Positions 1 through 10,371 of a stretch of DNA of 64,000 bases are shown in pieces. This DNA is from Candidatus Omnitrophota bacterium (GTDB lineage: Bacteria > Omnitrophota > Gorgyraeia > Zapsychrales > Zapsychraceae). The translations under genes and the position numbers were made by a program. The notes beneath the pieces are model-generated. The model was given only the letters and a program-made list of their open reading frames with translations, ran no database searches and was not told the origin of the DNA. Numbering within the stretch: position 1 is the first letter of the stretch; every line of letters starts with the position of its first letter. The stretch spans positions 102,364 through 166,363 of the forward strand of contig JAJDCB010000024.1 of the NCBI GenBank assembly GCA_029261065.1, written 5' to 3'.

Positions 1-1370
1 ATCTGCAACGTATCTCCCTCAGCACTAAACTTTCCCCCTATGGCCAAAAAGACATATCCACAAACGGCAGCAATAATAAATCCCAATCCATTTTTTTGAA
101 TACGTTCAATAATAAGGCCTGTTAACACACAAATAAAACTCACAAATATAAATGTTTCATAGAGGTTTGAGACGGGCGGTCTTTGCAAAATGATAATGCG
201 CATGACAATGGATACGGCATGTAAAACAAAGCCGGAGATAAGTAAGGTGTACAATATTTTATAAAGCCAATTTTTGGAAAAAATTAAGAAAATAAAAAAC
301 AATAAAAATACAACAAAATACAATATTTGGGCATAAAAGAAACCTTTAATACGGTTGTAGATTAGCTCAAGTTCAACGAGATTCGCTAATCTAGGATGAT
401 TGAGTGTTAATCTTTCATAGATGGATTGTTTAAAGAGTCTTGCATTTAAATCAAATTCTAATTGTTGATCATTCCAGTAGTTGATAAGCAATTCTCTTAA
501 TGCCTTATATTCTTGACGCCCTTCTTCTCTCGTTACAGCCGCTCCAATAGCATCCCAAGGGCTAATCCATTTTTCATCATTTTGATACGTAGGAATAATG
601 GTAAAGCTCAAATCACGGTACAAAAGAGACCAATCAAACAAACTTGAAATAACACGAAACGTTTGCCGTTCTGTCTCACTCCATTGATCTTCGGGTAATG
701 TCTCTAGTGGCTTTGATAACACTTGTAATTCATCGGCTTTCTGAGCAACTTCTAAAAAACTAAACTGATGGACCTTCTCTTTAAAACCTAACGCTTCTTT
801 TAGATGAGGATCGGTTATGGCAAAATCCGGATGAGGAAAAGCAAATGAAAAACAAATACTTAAATGCGCGTAACTTTCCATATTCTGATAAAGGCGAATA
901 ATTTCATTTTCTACAATATCCCTTTCTTTGGGGTCAATATTTAAAGCAGCATTAGATAGTTCACGCAACTTTTCAAATTTAGGCTGTAATTGAGAAAAAC
1001 TGTACCTTCTTTTCTTCTCAGGCAATATGCCAAGAGAAGTAGCGATTCCAGGATGATTAATCAAAAACACCTTATCGTATCGTGCTGACTCTGGAGCAAA
1101 AATTAACTTAGATAACCAATTTATAGCCTCTTTCTTTTCAAATCGTGATCGTCCTGAAAATTGAATTAACGTGTTTTTTGCATAAGTTTCAAGCGGCTTA
1201 ATCCGACCATTATCTAAAATTGGAATCGCTTTTAATTCATCAACGTTAGCCACCGTTTTTGGTTTTATTTGACTAAAATTGAAAAAAGCATCCGTCTGTG
1301 CTAAGCAATATGTAGAAATATTTAGTAAAATAAAAACCAAAATTGTCGTTATTAATTTCTTCATCATCAT
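1..1370 (-). CDS. ccsA: Cytochrome c biogenesis protein CcsA/ResC (System II) with long N-terminal extension; 3' end lies beyond the left window edge
   Basis: Not in the ORF track. Manual translation from ATG at 1370 (ATGA overlap with the resB stop; in-frame ATGs at 1367 and 1364) gives MMMKKLITTILVFILL...IPILDNGRIKPLETYAK..., and near the edge ...RIIILQRPPVSNLYETFIFVSF...GDTLQ in the same frame. GRIKP and RPPVSNLYE are CcsA-type motifs; the gene is adjacent to resB. Confidence 0.85.
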   Translation of the reverse strand, partial: MMMKKLITTILVFILLNISTYCLAQTDAFFNFSQIKPKTVANVDELKAIPILDNGRIKPLETYAKNTLIQFSGRSRFEKKEAINWLSKLIFAPESARYDKVFLINHPGIATSLGILPEKKRRYSFSQLQPKFEKLRELSNAALNIDPKERDIVENEIIRLYQNMESYAHLSICFSFAFPHPDFAITDPHLKEALGFKEKVHQFSFLEVAQKADELQVLSKPLETLPEDQWSETERQTFRVISSLFDWSLLYRDLSFTIIPTYQNDEKWISPWDAIGAAVTREEGRQEYKALRELLINYWNDQQLEFDLNARLFKQSIYERLTLNHPRLANLVELELIYNRIKGFFYAQILYFVVFLLFFIFLIFSKNWLYKILYTLLISGFVLHAVSIVMRIIILQRPPVSNLYETFIFVSFICVLTGLIIERIQKNGLGFIIAAVCGYVFLAIGGKFSAEGDTLQ

Positions 1371-2491
1371 CTTTTTCTCTTAAAGGCCATAAACATAAAA
1401 TGAATAACTAAACCCAAAAATGTAATAAGACTCGAGATGTAGGGTAATAAATGCCCTCGATTTTTGACAACTGCGAGCGTTGAATACTTATCCCCATTTT
1501 GTCCTAAACTATATGAGGCTTGGTATAGGGCAAAGCTTTTATATCTTAAGGGTTCATTCATATAAATGAGGACTTCCCGTTTAAGTCCTTGATGCTCAAC
1601 TTCAACAAAACTTTGAAAATGTCTTGGGATCTCTGTTCCGGGGTGAACGGACATATCAAACTTATTTAAATGTATCGTAAAGGGCAATTCATATTTTTTT
1701 CTTCTTAACATCAAGAAATACTCATCCCTCTCAACAATAAAAGACGTTCCTTGAATCTCTCCGCCATACAACATAATGGTGTGTAATTTTTTTCCTTTAT
1801 GAAATATCTCAAATAAGCCACCTGCTATGTTTTTCTCAGGTTCTTTATCTTTGGCAATAGCTTGCAAGGATTGAATGCCTGAAGCATTGAGATACTCGTT
1901 GTTTCCCTCTTGATTAACATAGGCTTGCGCATTGGGATAATAAGATTTAACTTGAACATCTATATTAAACGGTAAAAAGGGATACATCTCTAAAGCTTTA
2001 AAATGATTACTATCAAATGCCAATACCTCTCTTTTATCCTCCTTTGTCTTTTTCCACAAAGCCAATTCCCACTCATGATACGAAACAGAAACATTACTTG
2101 ATTGATTCTCTTTTAGCATTAAATAAGATTCTTGTACTTCATGAAAGGTAACAAAAGCGGCAAAAAAGTAAGTCATTAATCCAAAGTGGATGATCAAAAT
2201 ACCTATTTGAGACATTTTATACACAAAACGCTTTATTGTATTTGCAGTTAAGTTTATAAATAAAACCCAAAGAACTAATCTTGCTCCGGGAAAAGGCAAA
2301 TATCCTAACACAAGAAAATACCAGGAGTAGAAAAACCGCTGCTGAGCTTCATAGAGCCCCGCCTCAACCTGCGCAATCGTTCCCCAAAGCGTGAGTATAA
2401 ATAATAAAATGAGACACACGACTGTAATCTTAATCGATGCTAAAAATTTAATAATTGGATTAGCTTTTAAGCTTTTTCTAAGTTGCGACAT
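1367..2491 (-). CDS. resB: Cytochrome c biogenesis protein ResB/CcsB
   Basis: N-terminal FLASIKITVVCL...WGTIAQ, three TM helices with the conserved His in GILIIHFG, periplasmic domain with MNEPLRYKSFALYQASY, C-terminal TM; next to ccsA. Confidence 0.85.
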   Translation of the reverse strand: MSQLRKSLKANPIIKFLASIKITVVCLILLFILTLWGTIAQVEAGLYEAQQRFFYSWYFLVLGYLPFPGARLVLWVLFINLTANTIKRFVYKMSQIGILIIHFGLMTYFFAAFVTFHEVQESYLMLKENQSSNVSVSYHEWELALWKKTKEDKREVLAFDSNHFKALEMYPFLPFNIDVQVKSYYPNAQAYVNQEGNNEYLNASGIQSLQAIAKDKEPEKNIAGGLFEIFHKGKKLHTIMLYGGEIQGTSFIVERDEYFLMLRRKKYELPFTIHLNKFDMSVHPGTEIPRHFQSFVEVEHQGLKREVLIYMNEPLRYKSFALYQASYSLGQNGDKYSTLAVVKNRGHLLPYISSLITFLGLVIHFMFMAFKRKR

Positions 2492-2496
2492 AATCT

Positions 2497-3138
2497 TTAT
2501 TTAATGGATTGGCATAATTTGCGAAAGGAATTTTTAAAAACAGACATATCTGATTTTGTACCTTTCATCTTAATAAATATTGATTTTTGTTCGAGTGACA
2601 AAATCGTGGCCATCATTGAAGGTGTTTCTGGAGATTGATTGATTTGTAATTTCGAAAAATCATAAATCGTTACTTCATACCCACCTTTGGATGTTATTTT
2701 TTCCTGGGTTTTTACAAAATTGAGTAACTCTTTTGAAGTTAAATTAATATCAATTTGACGCATCCAACGCATGAGATTGGCTTGCTCCCCTCCAGCATTA
2801 CCAGCTAAAGAAACAATAGAACACTCCATACTTGAACTTACGGATGGGGCCGTAAGTGAGGCCACGCGCATACCACTGCCCTTCTTCTCAACCCAACCTT
2901 CTGGTGTTTGCCATTTAATGTCGGTCTTAACAACAGAATCTTTTAAAGCTTTTTGAATATTAGGATCATCACTTTGCATAGAAGCTTTTAAAGGAACTTC
3001 AGGATCCTTTGGGCTCCTTGTTTCTTCTAAATTGTCATTTAGCTCATGATAGACCCGCATCTTGCCTTTGTCATCGCAAGAAATGATAGTTACTATCAAA
3101 AGAATTAATATACAATATGTTACTGTTCTATTTTTCAT
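2497..3138 (-). CDS. Hypothetical lipoprotein
   Basis: Basic N-terminus, hydrophobic stretch and IIS-C lipobox-like site; overlaps the hemY stop and ends 5 nt before resB. Confidence 0.7.
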   Translation of the reverse strand: MKNRTVTYCILILLIVTIISCDDKGKMRVYHELNDNLEETRSPKDPEVPLKASMQSDDPNIQKALKDSVVKTDIKWQTPEGWVEKKGSGMRVASLTAPSVSSSMECSIVSLAGNAGGEQANLMRWMRQIDINLTSKELLNFVKTQEKITSKGGYEVTIYDFSKLQINQSPETPSMMATILSLEQKSIFIKMKGTKSDMSVFKNSFRKLCQSIK

Positions 3139-4514
3139 ATCGTAACGCCTGTGGGTTCATTTTTAAGTTGTAATTCATTAACTCTCAAATACGCTTGTTC
3201 GATACAATCATTAAATGAAATCCCATTAAAATAATTGGAAACAAAATGCAGATGAGGATTTTGGCTTAAGACTTTAATAATCTTGGATTTGGCTTCTTTG
3301 CATTGAGCATTATATTGCGGTATCGCATGCTCAAATCTAACATAATGAATAGCGTAAGGCTTAGCCTTAATATTAAGAGTCCTTTGTAATTCCTGCTTAA
3401 CGAGATCACTCATTTCATCTTTATTATGGGTTAAAACAGAATTTTTCTGAGATTTTCCTAACATGACTCTTAATAAAACGTCATCCGATTGACAACGATT
3501 CTCAAAAATATTACTTTCAAAAAGAACACCTAATACATCTGTTTTCTCACGCGTTGTATTAAGATACCCAAATCCTTTAGGTAAATTTTCTAAATCTTTC
3601 CTTTTATAGACAAAACCCAAAACAGCGATGGGGGCATAAGATATTGATTTTAAAATAGATGATAACTCTGGTAAACATTCTTTTAATAATAGCTCTGTCA
3701 CATAAGCTGGCGTAGATAAAAAAAGTTCGTCAGCGACTATTTCTCGATCTTTTTCATGAATAACATACTGATCATCTTGAGAAGTAATATTTGTAATAGT
3801 TTGATTACAAAAAATAAATTTTTGATATTTCATTTTTAACGCATGGATAAGCGTTCCCATGCCATTTTTAAAAGTGGTTAAATGCCCCTTTGGCATACCT
3901 GCAGATGATTTGCCCTTTAAAGCTATCATGGCCTTAATTAAGGAGCCATACTGCTCTTCTAACGTTTTTATTCTAGGAAAAGCTTCTTTTAGAATAATCT
4001 CTCTGGCATCCCCTCCATAAATACCACGAACCATGGGATCCAAAAAATATTGCGCAAATTCTTCTCCTAACCTACGTTTTCCAAAGTCATATACGCTTTC
4101 TTGATCAATATCTTCTTTTCTCTTAAATGGTTCAGCTAATAAACGAAATTTTGCTTTCGTTGATAATAATGGCGTTGCTATGAGTGATTGGGGTGATGTG
4201 GGAAGCGCATAAAGTTTATTATTTTTGCAGACATAACGTAACTGGGATTCTCTATTGGCTTTAATCAATTCATCTTTTAACCCAAGCTCTTCAATAAATT
4301 CTAGCGTTCTTGGTTTTGAGTTAAGAAATCCATTAGGCCCCGTTTCAAATCTCGCATCCCCATCGATTAATGTCTGAATCGTACCACCAAGATGACCTTT
4401 TTTTTCAAGCAAGCTGACATTTATATCATTATTAAAATCATATTTTCCATTCAAATAATGTAAAACGCTAAGCCCACTAATGCCCCCACCTATTATGACA
4501 ATATTTTTTTTCAT
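3135..4514 (-). CDS. hemY: HemY-type FAD-dependent protoporphyrinogen/coproporphyrinogen oxidase
   Basis: IIGGGISGL FAD motif, ETGPNGF, GIYGGD, GFGYL and AIPQY; follows hemE. Confidence 0.92.
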   Translation of the reverse strand: MKKNIVIIGGGISGLSVLHYLNGKYDFNNDINVSLLEKKGHLGGTIQTLIDGDARFETGPNGFLNSKPRTLEFIEELGLKDELIKANRESQLRYVCKNNKLYALPTSPQSLIATPLLSTKAKFRLLAEPFKRKEDIDQESVYDFGKRRLGEEFAQYFLDPMVRGIYGGDAREIILKEAFPRIKTLEEQYGSLIKAMIALKGKSSAGMPKGHLTTFKNGMGTLIHALKMKYQKFIFCNQTITNITSQDDQYVIHEKDREIVADELFLSTPAYVTELLLKECLPELSSILKSISYAPIAVLGFVYKRKDLENLPKGFGYLNTTREKTDVLGVLFESNIFENRCQSDDVLLRVMLGKSQKNSVLTHNKDEMSDLVKQELQRTLNIKAKPYAIHYVRFEHAIPQYNAQCKEAKSKIIKVLSQNPHLHFVSNYFNGISFNDCIEQAYLRVNELQLKNEPTGVTI

Positions 4515-4520
4515 GGGAAA

Positions 4521-5513
4521 TTACCGAAAGTCGTGTACTTGCTTGACAATTCTTTTTAAGGTTTCCACTTTGATATCGGGAAATACGCCATGGCTAAGAT
4601 TAAATATGTAACGTTTATATTTTTGGGCTGCTGTCAAAATCCTATTGACTTCAGCTTCGACTTGTTTTTCGTCAGCATATAATAGACCATTGTATAAATT
4701 TCCTTGAATACCCTTTTTTGAATTTAAAAGGATTTGATTATCTTCTATGTTGACATTATGCCCCACTGATAAAAAATCACTCCCCGATTGATCCATGAAT
4801 GCAAGTAAATGATGACAGTTACGCACATAATAAATAGAAGGTAAATCTATATGTTGAAAAATGTCTTGAACGTAAGGTAACACCCATTTCGCATAATCAT
4901 CTGGACGCAATATCTCAGCCCACGAATCAAATAATTGAAAAGCTTTAATGCCTGCTTGTTTTTGAAATTGTAAATAAGAGATGGTATTTTGAGTTATTTT
5001 CTTCATTAAGCGATGAAACATCTCTTGTTCTGTGTGAATAAACTTAAGCGTCTTTGTAAACTGAACGGAACTTCCTCCCTCAATCAAATATGTTAAAACC
5101 GTAAAGGGAGATCCTGCAAAGCCAATTAAAGGAACGTGGGAAGGTAATCGTTTGTTAATAAGCGCAATTGTCTCCCCTAAATATGGTAACTCATTAAATT
5201 CTTTTATTTTTTCTATTTGAAATTCTGTATTGATGAGAGGTCCCTTTTTGTTATCAAATCTTATTTCAAATCCCATAGCAATGGGAAGTGTTAAGATATC
5301 GGCAAAAAGAATGGCCGCATCAACACCTAAAATATCAATAGGCATACAGGTGATTTCAGCGGCAAGTGAAGGGGTTTGAAACATAGCTTCTAAACTATGA
5401 TTTTTTTTGAGCGCTTGATATTCAGGCAAATAACGACCCGCTTGGCGCATAAACCATAGCGGTATCTTGGTATTTGTTCCTTTAAAGGCTTCTAGAAGAT
5501 GTGATTCTTGCAT
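4521..5513 (-). CDS. hemE: Uroporphyrinogen decarboxylase
   Basis: PLWFMRQAGRYLPEY, DAAILFADIL, LIGFAGSPFT and IFNLSHG signatures. Confidence 0.97.
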   Translation of the reverse strand: MQESHLLEAFKGTNTKIPLWFMRQAGRYLPEYQALKKNHSLEAMFQTPSLAAEITCMPIDILGVDAAILFADILTLPIAMGFEIRFDNKKGPLINTEFQIEKIKEFNELPYLGETIALINKRLPSHVPLIGFAGSPFTVLTYLIEGGSSVQFTKTLKFIHTEQEMFHRLMKKITQNTISYLQFQKQAGIKAFQLFDSWAEILRPDDYAKWVLPYVQDIFQHIDLPSIYYVRNCHHLLAFMDQSGSDFLSVGHNVNIEDNQILLNSKKGIQGNLYNGLLYADEKQVEAEVNRILTAAQKYKRYIFNLSHGVFPDIKVETLKRIVKQVHDFR

Positions 5514-6883
5514 TAGACTGTCTTGGAAAATTGTTGTTTGGTTTGTTGTTTTTGAAAATATTGATCAAATCCCATACAAATATTGCGCACAAAGATTTTG
5601 CCCATTTCGGTTACTTTTAGACCCTTGTCGTCTTCCAGAAGTAACCCTTCCTCTATACACCACACAATATGATCTCGCTCATCTCTAAAATACTCATCAA
5701 AAGGAATGTGAAACGTTTTATAAAAAACATCCCTTCTAAGCTGAAATTGACACATCAAAGCTCTGATAACCCATTGACGTATTTCATCATCTTCATTCAG
5801 TATCTTTCCGCGCTCAACCGCCAATCGATTTTCACTTAACATTTTGTAATATTCGGGCAATACTTTTACATTTTGAATAAAAGTTTTTCCGATAAAACCA
5901 ATAGAGGTCAGACCTAATCCAATATATTCATCTGCTGGCTTAACGGTATAGCCCATAAAATTACGATAAAGCTCACCCTCATTATAAGCTTGAGCTAATT
6001 CATCGTCTTTCCGTGCAAAATGATCCATTGCAATGGATAGATAATTATTCTCAATAAACGCATCTCTTGCTAATAAAAATAAATCTAATTTCAATTCATT
6101 ATCAGGCAAAGTGATTTGTGACAATTTATTTTGATGTTTTTTCAACCACGGGACATAAGCAAAACTGTATAATGCAATACGATCGGGTGTTAACTTGATA
6201 ACATCTTTAATTGTCTGAGAAAAACTTGCTTGTGTTTGGTAGGGTAAACCATAAATCAAATCAAAATTAATCGAATGAAATTTAAGGTCCCGACACCACT
6301 GATTCACTTCTTTGACCATAGCAAGAGGTTGAATCCGATTGATAGCTTCTTGAACTTTTTGATCAAAATCTTGAACACCAAAGGATATGCGATTAAAACC
6401 AATTTCCTTTAGCGTCACTAATTTTTCATAATCAATGGTTCTTGGATCAATTTCTATGGCTACTTCACTGGATAAATCAACATCGAAATGCTCTTGAACT
6501 TTTTTAAAAAGGGATCTTAATTGTTGGGTATTTAGGTAAGTCGGTGTTCCCCCTCCAAAATGAAGTTGCTTAATAGAGGGCTTTCGTCCGATTTCTTTAG
6601 AAATCAGCTCAATTTCTGTAAAAAGATATTTAAGATATTCATCTCCATATTTGTTTTCCTGCCTACGAATGACAACATTACAAGCGCAAAAAGTGCATAA
6701 CGATTGGCAAAAGGGAATATGGATATATAAAGATAACGTCTTATTAGATTGCCCGAATGAGCGTAATTTCTCACCATAAACAGATTCATTAACCTCATCA
6801 CTCCAAACAGGCGCTGTTGGATAGCTGGTATAACGTGGCCCAGGGATATTATATTTTTTTATGGATTCTCGAGATATGGACAT
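5513..6883 (-). CDS. hemN: Oxygen-independent coproporphyrinogen III oxidase (radical SAM)
   Basis: GPRYTSYPTA, LYIHIPFCQSLCTFC (CxxxCxxC), HFGGGTPT, MDHFA and RNFMGY. Confidence 0.97.
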   Translation of the reverse strand: MSISRESIKKYNIPGPRYTSYPTAPVWSDEVNESVYGEKLRSFGQSNKTLSLYIHIPFCQSLCTFCACNVVIRRQENKYGDEYLKYLFTEIELISKEIGRKPSIKQLHFGGGTPTYLNTQQLRSLFKKVQEHFDVDLSSEVAIEIDPRTIDYEKLVTLKEIGFNRISFGVQDFDQKVQEAINRIQPLAMVKEVNQWCRDLKFHSINFDLIYGLPYQTQASFSQTIKDVIKLTPDRIALYSFAYVPWLKKHQNKLSQITLPDNELKLDLFLLARDAFIENNYLSIAMDHFARKDDELAQAYNEGELYRNFMGYTVKPADEYIGLGLTSIGFIGKTFIQNVKVLPEYYKMLSENRLAVERGKILNEDDEIRQWVIRALMCQFQLRRDVFYKTFHIPFDEYFRDERDHIVWCIEEGLLLEDDKGLKVTEMGKIFVRNICMGFDQYFQKQQTKQQFSKTV

Positions 6884-6939
6884 AATGACGGTAAATGACT
6901 ATTAATAATAAAGGTAGGATAACAAACATCATTGAGAAT

Positions 6940-7695
6940 TTAAACAGAAAACTTGGCATCTCTGTATTCTCGATTCATGCGAGCAATATTTGAGACGCTT
7001 ATCTCTTTGGGGCAGGCTGCTTCACATTCATATTCATTCGAACAGTTTCCAAATCCTTCTTCATCCATTTTCTCTACCATTTGAACCACACGCTCTTTTG
7101 CCTCCAATTGGCCTTGAGGTAACAAGTTTAAATGGCTTATCTTAGCGGATGTAAATAACATCGCAGATGCATTAGGACAGGCCGCTACACAAGCCCCACA
7201 TCCAATACAAGCAGCAGCGTCAAAAGCTAATTCAGCGTTTTCATGTTTGATAGGTTGATTATTCGCCTCAGGCGCAGAGCCTGTTTTAACAGAAATGTAA
7301 CCACCTGCTGCAATAATACGATCAAAAGAACCTCGATCAACAACTAAATCTTTGATAACGGGAAATCCTTTAGCTCGCCAAGGTTCAATAACAACAGTAT
7401 CTTTATTCTTAAACTTTCGCATATGCAACTGACATAGCGTAGTTGCTTTCTGTGGACCATGCGCCTCTCCATTAACAATGGCCCCACACATGCCACAAAC
7501 ACCTTCACGACAATCGTGATCAAAGGCAATAGGCTCATCCCCCTCAAGGGTTAGCTTTTCATTTAGCACATCAAGCATCTCTAAAAAAGACATACTCGTA
7601 TCGATATCTTTCACTTCATAAGTTTCAAATTTACCCTTATCTTCTGAAATTTTTTGTCGCCAGACTTTTAACGTGAGTTCAATAGTATTTTTCAT
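6940..7695 (-). CDS. sdhB: Succinate dehydrogenase/fumarate reductase iron-sulfur subunit
   Basis: [22 protein letters not shown] and [12 protein letters not shown] Fe-S motifs. Confidence 0.95.
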   Translation of the reverse strand: MKNTIELTLKVWRQKISEDKGKFETYEVKDIDTSMSFLEMLDVLNEKLTLEGDEPIAFDHDCREGVCGMCGAIVNGEAHGPQKATTLCQLHMRKFKNKDTVVIEPWRAKGFPVIKDLVVDRGSFDRIIAAGGYISVKTGSAPEANNQPIKHENAELAFDAAACIGCGACVAACPNASAMLFTSAKISHLNLLPQGQLEAKERVVQMVEKMDEEGFGNCSNEYECEAACPKEISVSNIARMNREYRDAKFSV

Positions 7696-7696
7696 A

Positions 7697-9607
7697 TTAT
7701 TTATAGCTTCTTTGACTTAAAGGGACTTCTTCAAAGGTTAAAGGTTCTTTGATAAGATTTGGAATTTTTCCAACGCCTTGATATTGCCAGGCCGCTACAT
7801 AAGCAAAATTGTCATCATCCCTTAGGGCCTCGCCCTCCTCCGTTTGAGATTCTTCACGGAAATGTCCTCCACAGGATTCCTTACGGTGTAAGGCATCATA
7901 AATAAGGGTTTCACCAAATTCTAGAAAATCTGACACACGACCAGCACGCTCTAAAGCCTGATTGAGATCTGCATCTGATCCGGGGACATTCACATTCTTG
8001 GAAAACTCATCGCGAATTTCAGGGATTTTCTCCAACGCTTCTTTTAATCCTTTTTCATTACGCGACATCCCACAGTTATTCCAAAGTAACTTTCCTAATT
8101 CTCTATGAAAATCATCAACCGTTTTTTTACCTTCAATTTTTAATATTTTTTGTGTCTTATCTTTGATTTTTTGTTCGGACTCTTTAAATTCAGGAAGATT
8201 CGCATCAATTTGACCAGAAGGGTTTTGCGCTAAATAATCCCCAATTGTATAGGGAATAATAAAATAGCCATCCGCTAATCCCTGCATCAATGCACTTGCG
8301 CCTAAACGATTGGCTCCGTGATCAGAAAAATTGGCCTCCCCTAATACAAAAAGCCCGGGTAAGTTACTCATCAAATTATAGTCAACCCATAACCCGCCCA
8401 TGGTGTAATGAAGGGCAGGATAAATCATCATCGGATCTTGGTAAGGACTAGAATTTGTAATCCGATCATACATCTCAAAAAGATTGCCATAGCGCGCTTT
8501 TATAACATCTTTACCTAATCGATTAATAGCATCAGCGAAATCTAGATAAACAGCTTCCCCTGTTGCTCCAACCCCGAAGCCATCATCACACACATATTTG
8601 GCATTACGCGAGGCTAGATCTCTTGGTACCAAATTCCCAAAGCTTGGATATTTACGTTCTAAATAATAATCTCTTTCATTTTCTGGAATATCTTTAGGTG
8701 ATCGGTCATCTTTGGCTTGTTTCGGTACCCAAACGCGCCCATCATTTCTTAAACTTTCACTCATTAATGTTAATTTCGATTGATAATCACCATGAACAGG
8801 AATGCAGGTTGGATGAATTTGGGTATAACAAGGATTGGCCAGTAACGCGCCTCTTTTGTGAGCTCTCCAAGAAGCCGTTACATTACAAGCTTTGGCGTTG
8901 GTTGATAAATAAAAAGCATTAGAGTAGCCACCCGTCGCTAAAATTACGGCATCCGCTGAATGAGATGTAACCTCTCCTGTTAAAAGATTACGAACAACAA
9001 TTCCGCGAGCAACACCCTTAACAACAACAATATCTAAAACTTCACAACGCGTATGAAGATCAATAGCCCCCTTACCAACTTCTTTCATTAAAGCGCTATA
9101 GGCACCAAGTAAAAGTTGCTGACCTGTTTGACCTCTAGCATAAAAAGTTCTTGAGACTTGTGCGCCTCCAAAGGAACGATTATCTAAGTAACCGGCATAT
9201 TCACGCGCAAAGGGAACGCCTTGAGCGACACATTGATCAATAATGTTATTACTAACCTCAGCCAATCGATGCACATTCGCTTCTCTTGAGCGATAATCAC
9301 CACCTTTAACGGTATCATAAAATAATCTATGAATGCTATCGCCATCATTTGGATAATTCTTAGCTGCATTAATTCCGCCTTGAGCAGCAATACTGTGAGC
9401 GCGCCTTGGACTATCCTGAATACAAAATACTTTGACATTGTAACCTAATTCAGAAAGAGTGGCGGCAGCCGCACTTCCCGCTAAACCTGTGCCAACAACA
9501 ATTACATGATATTTTCTTTTATTCGCTGGATTAACCAATTTGATTTTGGACTTATGATTTGTCCATTTATCTTTCATAGGTCCTTCAGGAATTTTGGAAT
9601 CTAGCAT
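7697..9607 (-). CDS. sdhA: Succinate dehydrogenase/fumarate reductase flavoprotein subunit
   Basis: [18 protein letters not shown] (FAD-attachment His), HYTMGG, HGANRLG and ESCGGHFR. Confidence 0.96.
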   Translation of the reverse strand: MLDSKIPEGPMKDKWTNHKSKIKLVNPANKRKYHVIVVGTGLAGSAAAATLSELGYNVKVFCIQDSPRRAHSIAAQGGINAAKNYPNDGDSIHRLFYDTVKGGDYRSREANVHRLAEVSNNIIDQCVAQGVPFAREYAGYLDNRSFGGAQVSRTFYARGQTGQQLLLGAYSALMKEVGKGAIDLHTRCEVLDIVVVKGVARGIVVRNLLTGEVTSHSADAVILATGGYSNAFYLSTNAKACNVTASWRAHKRGALLANPCYTQIHPTCIPVHGDYQSKLTLMSESLRNDGRVWVPKQAKDDRSPKDIPENERDYYLERKYPSFGNLVPRDLASRNAKYVCDDGFGVGATGEAVYLDFADAINRLGKDVIKARYGNLFEMYDRITNSSPYQDPMMIYPALHYTMGGLWVDYNLMSNLPGLFVLGEANFSDHGANRLGASALMQGLADGYFIIPYTIGDYLAQNPSGQIDANLPEFKESEQKIKDKTQKILKIEGKKTVDDFHRELGKLLWNNCGMSRNEKGLKEALEKIPEIRDEFSKNVNVPGSDADLNQALERAGRVSDFLEFGETLIYDALHRKESCGGHFREESQTEEGEALRDDDNFAYVAAWQYQGVGKIPNLIKEPLTFEEVPLSQRSYK

Positions 9608-9620
9608 AAGATATACCTTT

Positions 9621-10301
9621 TTAAGATGACAAAAATTGAATTAAGACATACACAGGAATTGAACTAAACGATAATGTAATAACAATAGCTGTCCACTGAC
9701 TTATATTTTTTATAAGCGGTGTATACGTTGGACTACTAAATCCAAAGGTTTGTGCAAAACTTTGTATACCATGATTAAGATGAAAACCTAAAGAAAACAT
9801 CGCGATGATGTAGAGTCCACTATGAATGGGATCCGTAAAAGCATTATAAACAACACCATAAAGACCATAACTCATGCCATCTTGCAAAACGCTTGCATCT
9901 CCATGTTTATCGGTAAACGTGAAATCAAGTAAATGCCATACGACAAATGCAATTAAGATAGTACCCGTAAAAGGCATTAATCGTGTGGATAATGAGCGCT
10001 GATTAGAAGATTTTTTTACGTTATAATTTACCGTACGTGATTTTATGTTTTCTAAAACTATAGAGGCTGTCAACGTCATATGAACAACAAAGACAACTAA
10101 TAATCCAAATTCAACCACATAGAATCCAGGACGTAAATCACTCAACTTTTTAGCATATTTATTAAAGGCTTCAGGCCCTAGGTAGAAAATTAAATTGCCA
10201 GCTAAATGCCCAACGATAAATAAAATAAGCATAAGACCTGTGACAGCAACAATTTGCTTTTTTCCGATAGAAGATTTGAAATAAGATAATAAATTGGACA
10301 T
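9621..10301 (-). CDS. sdhC: Succinate dehydrogenase cytochrome b subunit
   Basis: SSIGKK start, five TM helices with His haem ligands (GHLAGN, VHM, WHL, FHLNHG); precedes sdhA. Confidence 0.92.
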   Translation of the reverse strand: MSNLLSYFKSSIGKKQIVAVTGLMLILFIVGHLAGNLIFYLGPEAFNKYAKKLSDLRPGFYVVEFGLLVVFVVHMTLTASIVLENIKSRTVNYNVKKSSNQRSLSTRLMPFTGTILIAFVVWHLLDFTFTDKHGDASVLQDGMSYGLYGVVYNAFTDPIHSGLYIIAMFSLGFHLNHGIQSFAQTFGFSSPTYTPLIKNISQWTAIVITLSFSSIPVYVLIQFLSS

Positions 10302-10331
10302 AACTTTACTCTTTCATTTATGAATAGAAAT

Positions 10332-10360
10332 ATTATATCATAAGGCTAATAGAATCTTAA
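10332..10360 (-). promoter_or_regulatory. Putative sigma70 promoter for the sdh-hem-ccs block
   Basis: Minus strand TTAAGA-N17-TATAAT with an extended -10 TGn, about 30 nt upstream of sdhC. Confidence 0.45.
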
Positions 10361-10371
10361 GATAAACATCA

